Positions 13,044 to 26,327 of a DNA stretch of 64,000 bases are shown piece after piece (the first letter of the stretch is position 1; every line of letters starts with the position of its first letter). Below the pieces are notes generated by a model. The model was given only the letters and a program-made list of their open reading frames with translations. It had not been told where the DNA came from and did no database searches. Made by a program: the position numbers and the translations under genes. Source of the DNA: Eledone cirrhosa (Eukaryota). The stretch is from assembly GCA_964016885.1 (NCBI GenBank), contig OZ024745.1:24366001-24430000 (forward strand), in the 5' to 3' direction.

Positions 13044-13235
13044 CGTTTCTGAATTTGTTTAGCAAGATTCTTTATCTGAAATCGTGTGTTGAAACCGATA
13101 TTGTTATACTTTGGGAGGGTCATGTTGCCAATAAGAAACACACGCACCAGTTGCTTTCACTTCAATTTATTATATATTTATAAATTTATAAATTTACAAA
13201 TCCACAAACTTATGAATTTCTGGTTGGTTGGTTGA

Positions 13236-13721
13236 AGAGCCTTAAATAAACATAAACTCAATATTAAGATAGTAGAAAGACCAGGTACCTCCGTAAAAAC
13301 ACTTATTAGCAAGACATACCCGTTCCAAAGACCCTCATGTATAGATAAGAAATGTATAACCTGTAAAATAAGCCCCCATATTAACTGTAAAACTAGAAAT
13401 GTAGTGTATAGCATAAGATGTACTGAAGGACAATGTAGAAACAAAAATATAGTGTACATAGGTGAGACAGCTCGTAGTATAGGGGAACGAATAAATGAAC
13501 ACTGGCGAGACCTCCAAGATAATAAAGAATCATCTGTGCTCTACCAACATGCTAAGATAGAACACAGGGGTAGATTAAAGAACATAGAAATAAAAATAGA
13601 ATCCACACACAGAAAAGATGCAATGTTTAGGCAAATTACAGAGGCAGTAAGCATAAAAGAATTACAACCAAAATTAAATAGAAAATATGAGTGGAACAGC
13701 AACATCACAACTTACAATTAA
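13236..13721 (+). pseudogene. PLE Cys-rich linker plus GIY-YIG endonuclease (C-terminal fragment of the RT-EN ORF)
   Basis: Open frame KIVERPG...CIDKKCITC...NCKTRNVVYSIRC...YIGETARSIGERINEH...RQITEAVSIKELQPKLNRKYEW. The Cys linker is as in Neptune/Naiad-type PLEs. Confidence 0.9.
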
Positions 13722-13929
13722 GGACAAAATGAAAACACACACACACATAGAACAAACAACCAACCAACAATAAATAAATAAATAAATAAACAAATAGATA
13801 AATGAACACACACACACACAGACACCCAGATGTGGCGCATGCGCAAACTGAGCACACAACACACACACAGAAACAAAATGGCGTAGGACAGAAGAAAGGA
13901 AAGGCACAGAAACAAAGAAAGGAATCCCC

Positions 13930-13974
13930 AGTCACTGAAGAGGTCACAGAGTGTGTGACGAAAGGACTATGACT
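13930..13974 (+). ncRNA. Minimal type I hammerhead ribozyme in the PLE pLTR
   Basis: AGUCA-CUGAAGA-g-GUCACA gagug UGUGAC-GAAA-GGAC-UA-UGACU. Confidence 0.8.
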
Positions 13975-14132
13975 ATATATAAACAACTATCTGGTTGTGG
14001 AACCAACCAACCAACCAGAAATTTATAAGTTTGTGGATTTGTAAATTTATAAATTTATAAATATATAATAAATTGAAGTGAAAGCAACTGGTGCGTGTGT
14101 TTCTTATTGGCAACATGACCCTCCCAAAGTAT

Positions 14133-14220
<88 letters not shown>

Positions 14221-14265
14221 TATTTATATATACAGTATATATATATATACAGTATATATATATAT

Positions 14266-14342
<77 letters not shown>

Positions 14343-14344
14343 TA

Positions 14345-14458
14345 TATATGCGCATAATAAAAATGGCTTAACTTCTGTCTTAAAGTTTATTTCATATATA
14401 TATATATATATGAAATAAACTTTAAGAAGTTAAGCCATTTTTATTATGCGCATATATA
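14345..14458. repeat. Short fold-back centred on (TA)n
   Basis: ATGCGCATAATAAAAATGGCTTAACTTC... and its inverse flank a TA tract. Confidence 0.7.
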
Positions 14459-14577
14459 CTGTATATATATATATATATATATATACAGTATTTATATATA
14501 CAGTATTTATATATACCGTATATATATATATATATATATATAAACAGTATATATATATACAGTATATATATATATAT

Positions 14578-14681
<104 letters not shown>

Positions 14682-14856
14682 AGGAAAAAGATGAAATCGA
14701 AAATGCAACTGGAGTCTTTCTTTTTTTAAATATATATATTTATTTGGATCCTTTACCGGTTTCGCAGTTCTTCTGCTTTTCAAAAGTAGAATTGAGATGG
14801 AGAATCTGTGGTTTTTCTCACAATATATATATATATTTCTCACAATATATATATAT

Positions 14857-15016
14857 TTGAAAAAAAGGAAAAGAATGACTTCACTTGTAGATCTACAAAA
14901 CCAAATTTTAAAATTATAATATTATAAAATTAAATTGTTTAGATCTACAAGGGAAGTCATTCTTTTCCTTTTTTCAAATATACCTAACTGTACCAAGGAT
15001 TTCACACATTTTCCAA
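14857..15016. mobile_element. Short fold-back element in (TA)n
   Basis: Arms TTGAAAAAAAGGAAAAGAATGACTTCACTTGTAGATCTA and its inverse, plus a one-sided extension. Confidence 0.65.
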
Positions 15017-15036
15017 TATATATATATATATATATA

Positions 15037-15215
15037 GTAGTAATAATAAATGTGAAGATTAAAATCCAAAGAGGGCTCGAAAAGAATAAATATATATCAA
15101 ATATATAAGAACCCTAGAGCAAATATTTATTAAAATATCAGATTAAAATTTAAGCAAAGAATCGCTGCTTTCACCCTTAACGTGTGAAAGCAGCGATTCT
15201 TTGCTTAAATTTTAA

Positions 15216-15218
<3 letters not shown>
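15037..15218. mobile_element. Fold-back element family C
   Basis: Homologous to 16352-16558 and 23395-23480. All are flanked by (TA)n. Confidence 0.75.
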
Positions 15219-15280
<62 letters not shown>

Positions 15281-15283
<3 letters not shown>

Positions 15284-15615
15284 AAAGTGAGGTTTTTTTA
15301 CAAAATGAAAAATAACCGAGGTGTCCTACACGAGTGAAAGTATAAAGAAAAAAAGATGAAATCGAAAATGCAACTGGAGTCTTATTTTTAAAAAAATATA
15401 TATATTTATTTGGTTCCTTTACCGGTTTAGCAATTCTTCTGCTTTTCAAAAGTAGAGTTGAGATGGAGGGTCTGTGGTTTTTCTCATATGTGGGAAAAAC
15501 CACAGACCTTCCATCTCAACTCTAGTTTTACGAAACCGGTAAAGGAACCAAATAAATATATATTTATTTTTTTAAAAAGGACTCCATTTGCATTTTCGAT
15601 TTCATCTTTTTTTCT
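15281..15615. mobile_element. Fold-back element family A copy (degenerate HHRs)
   Basis: Homologous to 385-744, opposite orientation. Confidence 0.8.
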
Positions 15616-15724
15616 ATATATGTATATATATATACATATATATGAAATAAACTTTAACACAAGTTAAGCTGGTTTATTTGTGCGTATTTCTGCGATACCA
15701 GCTCGGAGCTGTTGTGCAATCCAA

Positions 15725-16010
15725 TTTTTTTAGGGGGGGGGATGAAAAAGAGGAGGAGATGAGAGTAAAAAGTGGGGGGGGGGTATAATGAGAAAGGATG
15801 AGATAGGAGGAGAGATGGGTGATAGAGAGAGAGAGATAGCTTTTATAACTGAGAAAAAAAAGCTATCTCTCTCTCTCTATCACCCATCTCTCCTCCTATC
15901 TCACCCTTCCTCATTATACTCCTCCCCCTCCACTTTTTACTCTCAGCTCCTCCTCTTTTTCATCCTTTCCAACCTCCCCCACCCCTCAAAGCAAATTTTT
16001 TTCCCCAATA
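15725..16010. repeat. Purine/pyrimidine-skewed inverted repeat
   Basis: GA-rich arm followed by a complementary TC-rich arm, apex near 15850. Confidence 0.75.
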
Positions 16011-16291
16011 TCACACATCAATCTAAAACTACTTTTCATATGTTGATTTAAAACTGCACTATCCACAAGTGTTTTTAACCTTCATATCATGTCTTCCTAT
16101 TTTATCTGATGAAAACACAAATGTTATTGCATGATGATATTTGTTTTTGAAATGCGCATAATAAAATACATGGAACTCATTTAACCATCTTTTGATCTTA
16201 TATATTATGTATACTACAGTCCTACAAACTGTAGAGTGCTTCTTATCCGATATCTGCATTGCTTTATTGTACTACAATAAAACTCACCTCC

Positions 16292-16351
<60 letters not shown>

Positions 16352-16356
<5 letters not shown>

Positions 16357-16558
16357 TAAAATAACAGATTAAAGTTTAAGCAAAGAATCGATGCTTTCAC
16401 CCTTAACGGGATCTTCTGAAACTAACCAGCAGCGATTCTTTGCTTAAACTTTAATCTGTTATTTTAATAAATATTTGCTCTACGGTTTTTATATATTTGA
16501 TATATATTTTCCTTATCGAGCCCTCTTTGGATTTTAGTCTTCAATATTATTATTACTA
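16352..16558. mobile_element. Fold-back element family C with HHR-like motif (CAGAAGA core) at 16373-16423 (-)
   Basis: AGUUU-CAGAAGA-uCCC guuaa GGGu-GAAA-GCA...UGC-UU-AAACU on the minus strand. Confidence 0.65.
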
Positions 16559-16647
16559 TATATATATATATAGTTAAAATGAACTAACAAAACACAGAAG
16601 GCCATTATACAGTTATATTAGGTTCATGCTTGGTGGAAGTGGAGGAG

Positions 16648-16685
16648 GTTTCAACGTTTCGGACTTAAGTCCTTCATCAGGGAAG
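16648..16685 (-). ncRNA. Minimal hammerhead ribozyme
   Basis: UUCC-CUGAUGA-a-GGAC uuaa GUCC-GAAA-CG-UU-GAAA, with palindromic stem III ACGU. Confidence 0.7.
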
Positions 16686-17055
16686 TTTGTATAGGGGAGA
16701 ACAGGAACTCCGAGAGCGAGTAAGGAGGGTAAACATTTTTAGTTTAGCCAACTTGCTAAGGGAATATGATTTGCTTAGGAGATGATAAGATAAAACATGT
16801 CCATTGCTTTCCCTAAGCTGGCTTATAATGCAAGTTTCACAGCTTAGATATTGTTCCAAAAGACTTAGATATCTTAGATATTGTTCCAAAAGACTTGGAT
16901 CAGACATTGGTAGAAGTTGTCCAATCCTTTGCTTCCCTTCCATTGCCTGAACACTCCTCAAGTGAGTTTCGGCCATAAAATTGTGAAGATAGTTTCGGTT
17001 GAGGGTTGTTTCGTAATCGCCATACTCAGATGAGTGTATACACACACACACAAAC

Positions 17056-17087
<32 letters not shown>

Positions 17088-17093
17088 TTATAT

Positions 17094-17293
17094 GAAAAGA
17101 GTCAGGACCTCGATGGCTGGGCTCCGGCCGTTTCGACAGCTATTTCTGAACTGTTCCGAAATAGCTGTCGAAACGGCCGGAGCTCAGCCGTCGGGGGTCC
17201 TTACTCTTGTCTTATTACCCACTCTACTACCCATAGTATCGAGTAATCTGGTGTGTTATGGTCCACCTCGTATCTTACCACACTTCCTTCGTT
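17094..17293. mobile_element. Fold-back element family B copy
   Basis: Homologous to 823-1018. Confidence 0.8.
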
Positions 17294-17349
17294 ATATATA
17301 TATATATATGTGGACATTTTGAGTGTGTGTGCCTGTGTGCTTGTGCCAT

Positions 17350-17419
<70 letters not shown>

Positions 17420-17493
17420 CGTGTGTGTGTGTGTGTGTGGAGCAGCTTTTCCTTCAAACATTAGTTGAAAACACGACTACACTCCAGTTTGAT

Positions 17494-17678
17494 AATTGTT
17501 TCTACTTTTGGCAAAAGGCCAGCAATTACTCAGTGTATTACTGGTACTTTATTTTATCGGCACCGTAAGGATGAAAGGCAAAGTTAACCTTGGCGGGATT
17601 TGAACTCAGAATGACAAGCGCCGTAACTCTATGCGTCAAAGCATGGCGTCCGACCCTCTACCAATATTGCCAATCCAC
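17494..17678 (-). mobile_element. SINE with 18-bp TSD
   Basis: TSD ACACTCCAGTTTGATAAT at 17479-17496 and 17677-17694. Confidence 0.9.
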
Positions 17679-17857
17679 ACTCCAGTTTGATAATGTTTAT
17701 TAAATAGTGTTCCTATATCTATAAGTGTATTAACGGTTCCATTTCCAGACTCAGAATAGTCATACTAGTGGCGTATTGGTTAAGTGTTTCTCTGTGGTCG
17801 TAGTGAATAACGGGAGTGGTAGCGGATGGTGAACGTATGACAGTATCTCGTAAATGT

Positions 17858-18070
17858 GGTTTCTGCTTTAGGCACAAGGTCAACAATTTTGGGTAAAGGA
17901 GAAGTTGATTAGATCGACCCTAGTGCATTACTAGTACTTTATTTTATCAACCCCATAAGGATGAAAAGCAATGCTAACCTCGACGAGTTTTGAACTCAGA
18001 GCGTAAAAGGCCGTAACTCTATGCCAGTAAGCATGTTGTCCGACGTTCTACCGATTCTGCCAATCCACCA
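17858..18070 (-). mobile_element. SINE (major family)
   Basis: Consensus match, diverged. Confidence 0.8.
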
Positions 18071-20429
18071 CCCTCGTCGGGTAATTATGTATTTATAACA
18101 TAAATCCATTGCAACACATTTCCACACAGTATATGTATACATTTTTTTTTTTTAAATGAAATATGTAGGATTATATTAGTCGATGATATTACAAGTCTAT
18201 ATAGAATTCCATACAAAACGAAGCTGACAAATACGGAGACTCTACTGATATTAGAATATAAACCAAAGAGCAACAAACAGATACAGCATACGTAAAAGGA
18301 ATTACTGCTATGTTCCAAACATTGAGAAATTTTAAATCAAGCATCCCATAATTTTTCTACTACTCCTATGATCTTTTACGCCCACTGCTAAACATGTGAC
18401 GAATGAATACGCAACAATTATGACCATTCTCATTCTAAAGATGTGATGATCTTCCTAAGTGTTTCCTTAATTAGATAATTCTATATTTTCCCCGAAATAT
18501 TTTCTTGTAATAATATCGTGGGTAGCAGAGTGTACAAAGAAATATTTCCTAATTGTCACTAGCAATGCCTTCAGTTTCAAATTGTGACAATTCATTCTCG
18601 AGTGGTACTGAACCACATAGCTGTAAATGAGTCCCTTAATGTTAGCTTCGTAAAAATGACAGTTCCATTCTTTCATTCGTTCGGCATCGTCGCAACCGTC
18701 TTCACCGTCATTGATGTTGTTGAGGATGTTGCTGTTGTACTGTCGTCCTCTCATCGTTGTTGTTATTGCTCGTCTTGTTGTTGTTGATGCTGTTACTGTT
18801 GCTGTTGTATCGCTGTCGACATTACCGTCGTCCTCTCATCGTTGTTGTTATTGCTCGTCTTGTTGTTGTTGATGATCTTCTTCTTCTTCTTCTTCTTCTT
18901 CTTCTTCTTCTTCTTCTTCTTCTTCTTCTTCTTCTTCTTCTTCTTCTTCTTCTTCTTCTTCTTCTTCTTCAACAAGTAGTTCATACTTATTTTTAGAGCT
19001 TCCCGGCAAGTCTAACTGGACTTGACTTAGCCTAATACCTGTTGGGGTTCTTCATATTTTATAACAAAGTAGATGATTTCTACCATTTCTCTGAAGTGTC
19101 GGCACTGTTGAAGAGCTCCTCTCACCCATGTATGTCTAAGTGTACCAATGTCGTAATGTTTATTCAGTATCGTATTTATCTTTTGTGGGTCTACTGTAAG
19201 TGAACCCTTTCCATCAAATAATGGTTTCATTTATTGGCCAAAAGGGCCGATATGTAGCGGGGGAGGGAGGGGGGAATACAAAGACAGGGACTGTGGGGGG
19301 TTACAATGAAATCGAGTAAAAATACAAAATAATGGCCTTGATTTTATCTTGAAGTTGCTACCTTGACGTGTGCGAATGTGTATGTGTGTCTGTGTGTGTA
19401 TGTGTGTCTGTGTGTCTGTGTGTGTATGTGTGTATGTGTGTATGTATGTGTGTATGTGTGTCTGTGTCTCTGTCTGTGTATGTGTGTATGTGTCTGTGTC
19501 TGTGTGTCTCTGTGTCTGTGTGTGTATGTGTGTATGTATGTGTATATATTTACAACCTTGATTTCCTTCACTGTTCCATCAATTTTACGACCCTCTTATT
19601 TTATTAACAATTTCTACGAGGAGGTTCTTCATCAGTTTATTTCCACTGTCAGTGGGTTGACTATTTATATCGATTCGAATTTTGTGTTCGTCCCAGGAGC
19701 ATTTATTATGTCCTAGTGGTGAATGTTTTACGAACCATGGCTTCCTCTTTTGGAAATATTTAATGCATGAAGTTTGCATTATTAGCATAAATTCTTTCAA
19801 ATTTAGATTCTTATCTGTGGGCCACTTCAGCGAGTATCTCTTTCTCCGCTGATCTTTTGTTATTTTTATTGGAATCCAATCTGGACATCGCTGATGTATT
19901 CCTTGGGAGATTTGCTACAGCTATTTTAGTGAACCAAAACATTTTTAATACATTAAAATCATGCTTGTAGTACAAAAATAAGAATATTTGACTCTAATGT
20001 TACTTCTTCTCAGAAAAGGCAGGGGAGACAATTACACAATTTGAAGTAAATAAATACTGAATAATGCCATGCAGCGAAACGTATGACTGATTTGTGACAA
20101 TTAAAGTGGCAAGTACAAACATATATCGTGTTTATTATTCTTCCTTGAAACAGCGATAACGGGTTTTTAACAAATCCAAGGTGATTTGGGTAATAATGAA
20201 CAATATTTACTGATTACACAAATGGTGGGAATTCTCATGAACATATTTTGTATACAATTCTCACAGAAACGTATCTATCCTCAAACCTGGTACATGCAGA
20301 ACTTCATATACTGAGGTATGATGTGTTTTGAACAGTCAGGAACGAAAGAAATCATGAGAGAATTTTAATGTGTATTTTTTAAGATGTTACATACCTTGTC
20401 TTGTTGTCACACTCAAACACATTTTATGA

Positions 20430-21000
20430 CAATGATAGTGCATATCGAAGAACTAGAAACGGCTTATCGCTTACCAGATACTTCAAACCACAAGGTTAAA
20501 TTCTAAGGCAGTCTTAGAAGAGGTAATAAATATGTTAACTAAACAGAAAAAACACATCAATGTACTTCTCATTGGAGATTTCCACCTCTCCAATCTATCA
20601 TAATCTGAAGGCCACGTTCTCTCAGGAATTCGGTAAAGTGAAGAAAGACAATATGAATCAGTATTTGACTCGTTCAACACGTTGTCCACGGAACAGATAG
20701 TATACAACGCGGGCTAATATTATCCTAGATCTCTCCCTCATAAATAACATAGAGCTCGCCCTCAATGTGACTGTGGCACCAACAATATTCTCGACAGAGA
20801 AGCAGAAGAGCGGCACCCAAACTCTATCCAGTTGGAATTTCATATAGAAAACAGGAAAATTATTCAGGAAAAAACATAAAATTTCGACATTTATGTCAAT
20901 CATGAAATAACTATATTCCAGTAACAAAATCCCCCTAGACGGAAACGTTCTCATGAAATGAAGATCGTATACCGCCTAAATAAACAACTTAAGGATTTAA
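20430..21000 (+). pseudogene. Degenerate APE endonuclease of a non-LTR retrotransposon (CR1/L2/Jockey-like)
   Basis: Broken frames read NVLLIGDFHL, TTRANIILDL and SNHEITIF, resembling the GDFN, PTR..N.LDL and SDH motifs. Confidence 0.5.
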
Positions 21001-21605
21001 AACGAAAAATCACAGACATCTAAGAAGTTTAACAATTTAACAAAGCAAACGTTCAAAATACATTTCAGACGCCTGAATCGTACGGTTTCTATGCAATCAG
21101 AAAATTGCTCAATATAACTATTAGAAATTGTTAATCAGTTTTCCGGACTTAAAGATCTCCTCAGCAAACTGTCCTAAGAATATACAACCGAACGTTTATG
21201 TCATCCATCTTTACAGAGAAGCAAAGCCCTCAATGGCGATGCTTTCGTTTTCTGCTAGGCTAGTTACTATAGCTTTTACGTTAGTATGGCAGGACTAAGC
21301 TTGGGATAAATTTGGCAGGAAGACACTAAAAATAGAACGATTTACCTCGACCAACAAAGCACTCAACCGATCAAAATAAATTATCGGGAGTAAATTATAA
21401 TAGAAATTTAGATCAATACAATGGTAGATGCATAGCAGCCTTCGCTATTATTTCAATCTTGTCGGAACTTGCTCAATAATAACAAGTGTGAAAACCTGTA
21501 TTAGAGCTAACTCACAGCAATACAGTCGTGGAGCGTCGATACCCAAATATATATATATATATATATATAAGGGGGTGCATGTATGTGTGAATATATATAT
21601 ATATA

Positions 21606-22520
21606 CTAGCAGTGGTACCCGGCGTTGCACGGGATAAGGTATTTTGGAACACGGGGCGCCAATAGACCTAATCGTAGAAAAACTGCATGCCTGGACAATA
21701 TGTAAAGAAAATAAACCGAATACTCTGATGGCTGGATAATCTTTAAGATTTTCCTCGATTAAGCAGGAAAAATGCAGGTTTTCACCTAATGCGGGCCCTA
21801 GGGGATCAAGAAAATGATTTTTTTTATATGAATAATATGCCTTGAAATTTTGGGAAAATCGGCCTGACGTAACGCCTCCAAAAAGCCCTAAGAAGCTGAA
21901 AAAATGAAGTTTTTCACCTAATGCAGGCCCTAAGCCATAAGAAAGTTGAATTTTCTTTGCTTACGGTATGAAGAAGGGACTGACTAATGCTTAGTTACAA
22001 TTTCAAGGAAATCGGTCTGACGTAACGTCTCAAAAAACCCCTAAAAGTGTTTAAAAAAAACGCAGTTTTTCAGCTAATGCGGGCCCTAGGAGATAAAAAA
22101 AAGTTGAATTTTGTATGTGCATAACACTCCCTGAAACAAGTAATACACATGTAAAGATTTTTAAAAAATCGGTTGGGTACTTCTCGAATTTTAGGGATTC
22201 AAACTCACAAAGAGAGAGAGAGAGAGAGAGAGATCCTCAGGGAAATGACGTAATGCAGACAGGCAGACATACAGACAGATATTATAAGAGCGCGACGTTA
22301 TAAGTATGTATCTATCTAAAAGGAGAAAGACTAAGAATTATAGAGTGAGATCGCTAAATCGCCTAATGCGGTCCCTAGGGCAATGAAAATTTGAAATTGT
22401 TTTTGCTCAGAACACTCCCTTAAACATAAGTATTGCATGTGTCGGTTGGGTGGTTCTCAAGTTTTAGGGATTCGAACTCACACACACACAGACAGACATC
22501 CTCAGTTTTATATATATAGA
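21606..22520 (-). mobile_element. Non-autonomous Helitron with internal ~140-bp repeats
   Basis: Minus-strand A|TC start, hairpin CCCGTGCAACGCCGGG plus CTAG|T end. Internal motif CCTAATGCGGGCCCTAG occurs four times. Confidence 0.75.
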
Positions 22521-23108
22521 TAATAATAATAATAATATTTATACTTATATATACACTATATATAATTATGAACAGGAAAGGTCAGTAATTTTTTACCACC
22601 TTATTACCAGTAAGAAAAATAGCTCAATGTAAATACATCAGATTTTTTACAGAGCAGGAATGTCTGCTTAATATGCTTTTATACCTGTATTGTATTAATT
22701 GATACCTTTGCCATACTGTGATATATATGCTTAGTACCATTGCTTGTTTTTTACCTTGTTATTATGTACATGCCTAATACCTCTGCACTCTTACTATACG
22801 TTTGCCTATGTACCGCCAATGTCCTCATTTTGCGAGTAACTTTCTCCTTTAATTCTTCTATAATTGTTGTATTATTATTTTATAATCTTTGTCGCATCCA
22901 CTGATACTGACCACATCATCTTCACTCTTTAAATATGACACTTTTAGTTGACAACAGTAATATCGACGTATCTTTACAATTGTTCTGTGGAATAGGAGAT
23001 TAATTATATATCTAAACTTTGCTAGTGCTCCGATGATTCCAAACGAAAGTTTGGAAGAAACGATTGTCAGCAATAAAATGTTTTGAACATAGTTTTGATT
23101 ATTCTGTA

Positions 23109-23139
<31 letters not shown>

Positions 23140-23240
23140 CCCACATACATGCACACTCTTCCATATAGGTATATGCGGCCAAGCTAGACGAAATCTAAAA
23201 GACTGGCTCGTTATGATTATATATATATATATATATATAT

Positions 23241-23480
23241 GAAAATATTCAGGACCCCGACGGCTGAGCTTCGGCCGTTTCGACAGCTAGATACGGATCT
23301 AGCTGTCGAAACTATCCCATGTATCGAGTACCCTGATGCGTTATGATCCACCTGGTTTTTTTAACCACACCCTATCTGATATATATATATATATAAAAAT
23401 AACAGATTAAAGTTTAAGCAAAGAATCACTGCTTTCACCCTTAACGGGATCTTCTGAAACATTTATTATTATTACTATAT
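23241..23480. mobile_element. Adjacent degenerate family B and family C elements
   Basis: Homology to the other copies. The CAGAAGA HHR-like motif lies at 23411-23460 (-). Confidence 0.7.
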
Positions 23481-24136
23481 ATGTATATTGATATATATAT
23501 ATATAAATGAAAATAAAATTAATGTAAGCAAAATGCCTACAATAATTCAGGTATATAAGTGACTATACCATCAAGATGAACAAATGTTTAATGTAAGATG
23601 AGGGAAAAAGTAATACAATCTTAATTCAAAACAAATCAAGAAGAAAAACTTTGTCATCAAACTGTGTGTAAGTTGGGGGAAAAGCAATACAATCTAATTA
23701 AAATTAAAATCAAGAAGTAATACTTAACCATCAATTTGGGGAAAACTACAAATGCACTATATAGTCTTAAAAGACCATTTCACGAAACATTTCAGTGCAG
23801 TTAGTTACGTTTGTGACCGATCTTCAGTAGTGCTCAACACATTAACTAAATCTATACTGCTAAAAACCCGAGGGGAAAAAATAATCCACTGGGAGTTAAA
23901 CACGACAGCGTGTAGAAATGAAATAACAAAACACACGTGAACACAAACTAGTGATGGCGGGATGAGACGAAAAAGCTGTTTACAAGAAACAACAGTCAAA
24001 ACATTCCGAAAAAACTCAACAAAAATATGGAGTTCAGCATAAGCAATATTATCGCAGTTTTTTTTTTTTTACTGGGATTAGTCACAAATATTAGTAGCAG
24101 TCAAGGAAAACACAGCTTGATATAGCAGGAAGAGGG

Positions 24137-24172
24137 TCTTAACGTTTTGGCCGCTAGTCCTTCATCAGAAGA
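24137..24172 (-). ncRNA. Degenerate minimal hammerhead (G12A)
   Basis: UCUU-CUGAUGA-a-GGAC uagc GGCC-AAAA-CG-UU-AAGA. Confidence 0.55.
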
Positions 24173-24433
24173 AAGAATGAGAAATAAAATAGATTGAGGG
24201 GACGGACGGGATGGAATTGGAAAAAATGTCTTTAGATAAAAATAACAGGTCCATTCCTGATGACATCTCTTGCAAAACTGTTGGTGGTGGCGTTTTTTAC
24301 ATGATTTATTTTTTAGAAAAGTAGATGATGGTGCGCGTCTACCTGAAATGGAAAAAAAAACCGTTTTGTAAAAAGAGCCATTCTTGAGCACGCGCATAAG
24401 CACGTGTTAGTGTGTGTGTGTGTGTGTGTGTCT

Positions 24434-24525
<92 letters not shown>

Positions 24526-24689
24526 ATAGGTTCGTACGAAGCTAAGAAGAAATGTGTGTGTATATGTGAGTAAAAGAGTGTGTGCATGTAAGTACGAAGC
24601 TATGAGCAAAAGTATGTTAATATAAGGGTGTTTATCGGCATGTATTAGTTGTAAGAGAAGCTGCTAATGATCAGGAGAAAGCGATAGGA

Positions 24690-24778
<89 letters not shown>

Positions 24779-24779
<1 letters not shown>

Positions 24780-24954
24780 TACGATAAATTAACGGAGCCA
24801 TAGACTCTCGCTATTCCCTGTCATTAATGTGCTCAAAGGAGAAGGAATCCCTAGCCCTTTATAATACAATATGTAGAAAAGATAACACACTAGAGAGAGA
24901 GAGAGACTGTGCGCCATCAGTATCTCTCTGGTGTGTTATCTTTTCTACATATTG

Positions 24955-24960
<6 letters not shown>
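24779..24960. mobile_element. Short fold-back element in (TA)n
   Basis: Arms TATAATACAATATGTAGAAAAGATAACACAC and its inverse. Confidence 0.65.
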
Positions 24961-25004
<44 letters not shown>

Positions 25005-25239
25005 GTGTGTGCAATTCTTAAATGACATTTCTGTCTCTATCTCTATCCCTATGACCCTTTCTGTCTTTCTGTCCCCATGTCTGCTCCTCTTCTGATTTGA
25101 TGTGCATTTCTACACCTCCATACATATTCTTTACATTCGATAATTTAAACGCATAAACAAACATTCTTGCGCATTTACTCATGTATACAACATACCCTCA
25201 CATATACACATGTACACAGGTAGATGTACAACCATTAAT

Positions 25240-25310
<71 letters not shown>

Positions 25311-25316
25311 TATGTA

Positions 25317-25356
<40 letters not shown>

Positions 25357-25445
25357 TACATATATACATATATGTAAATATACATATATAAATGTATATA
25401 TATATATATATATACATATATATATGCGTGCGTGTGTGTAAATGT

Positions 25446-25534
<89 letters not shown>

Positions 25535-25553
25535 TGTGTATGTGTGTAAATGT

Positions 25554-25597
<44 letters not shown>

Positions 25598-25941
25598 TGT
25601 GTGTGTGACTCAGGGTTTGTGCACTAATGTGTGAGTTCGTCCATGGAGATACTTACACAACATGCACAAAGAGATATAAAATATATACAAGCTCTCACAT
25701 ATTTACAAACACAACACCACCCAAACATGTCTTTCCCGCTTACGTATGCACGCGCACGTGCAAGACGCAGAAGTCGAGCAGATGTTGTGAGTGTGACGCG
25801 TGTACTGTTCGCTGGTGGCTAGAAAATTTCGCGTCTGTTTATATCTGAAATATAAACAATTTATAAACAAAGAATGAAATTTTACCGCATACCTTTTTAA
25901 ACCACAAACACACACATACACACACACACAATCCACTCACA

Positions 25942-25981
<40 letters not shown>

Positions 25982-26172
25982 TGTATATGAGTGTGAGTGC
26001 ATTGTGTGTATGTGTGTGTGTATGTGTGTGTATGTGTATATATGTGTATGTGTGTGTGTGAGTATGTGTGTATATATATATATTTATATATATTTATATA
26101 TATTTATTTATATATATAAATTTATATATATATATTTATATATATATATATATGTATATATATAAATATATA

Positions 26173-26278
<106 letters not shown>

Positions 26279-26282
26279 ACTT

Positions 26283-26325
<43 letters not shown>

Positions 26326-26327
<2 letters not shown>

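Larger units (their letters stand above)
13040..14128 (+). mobile_element. 5'-truncated Penelope-like retroelement with inverted pLTR
   Basis: Inverted pLTR segment 13040-13233, body 13236-14128 containing the GIY-YIG ORF end and an HHR, inserted in (TA)n. Confidence 0.9.

Noticed and set aside
16677-17057. 126-aa minus-strand ORF upstream of an HHR, a possible GIY-YIG remnant
   Set aside because: The motifs are too degraded to support a call.
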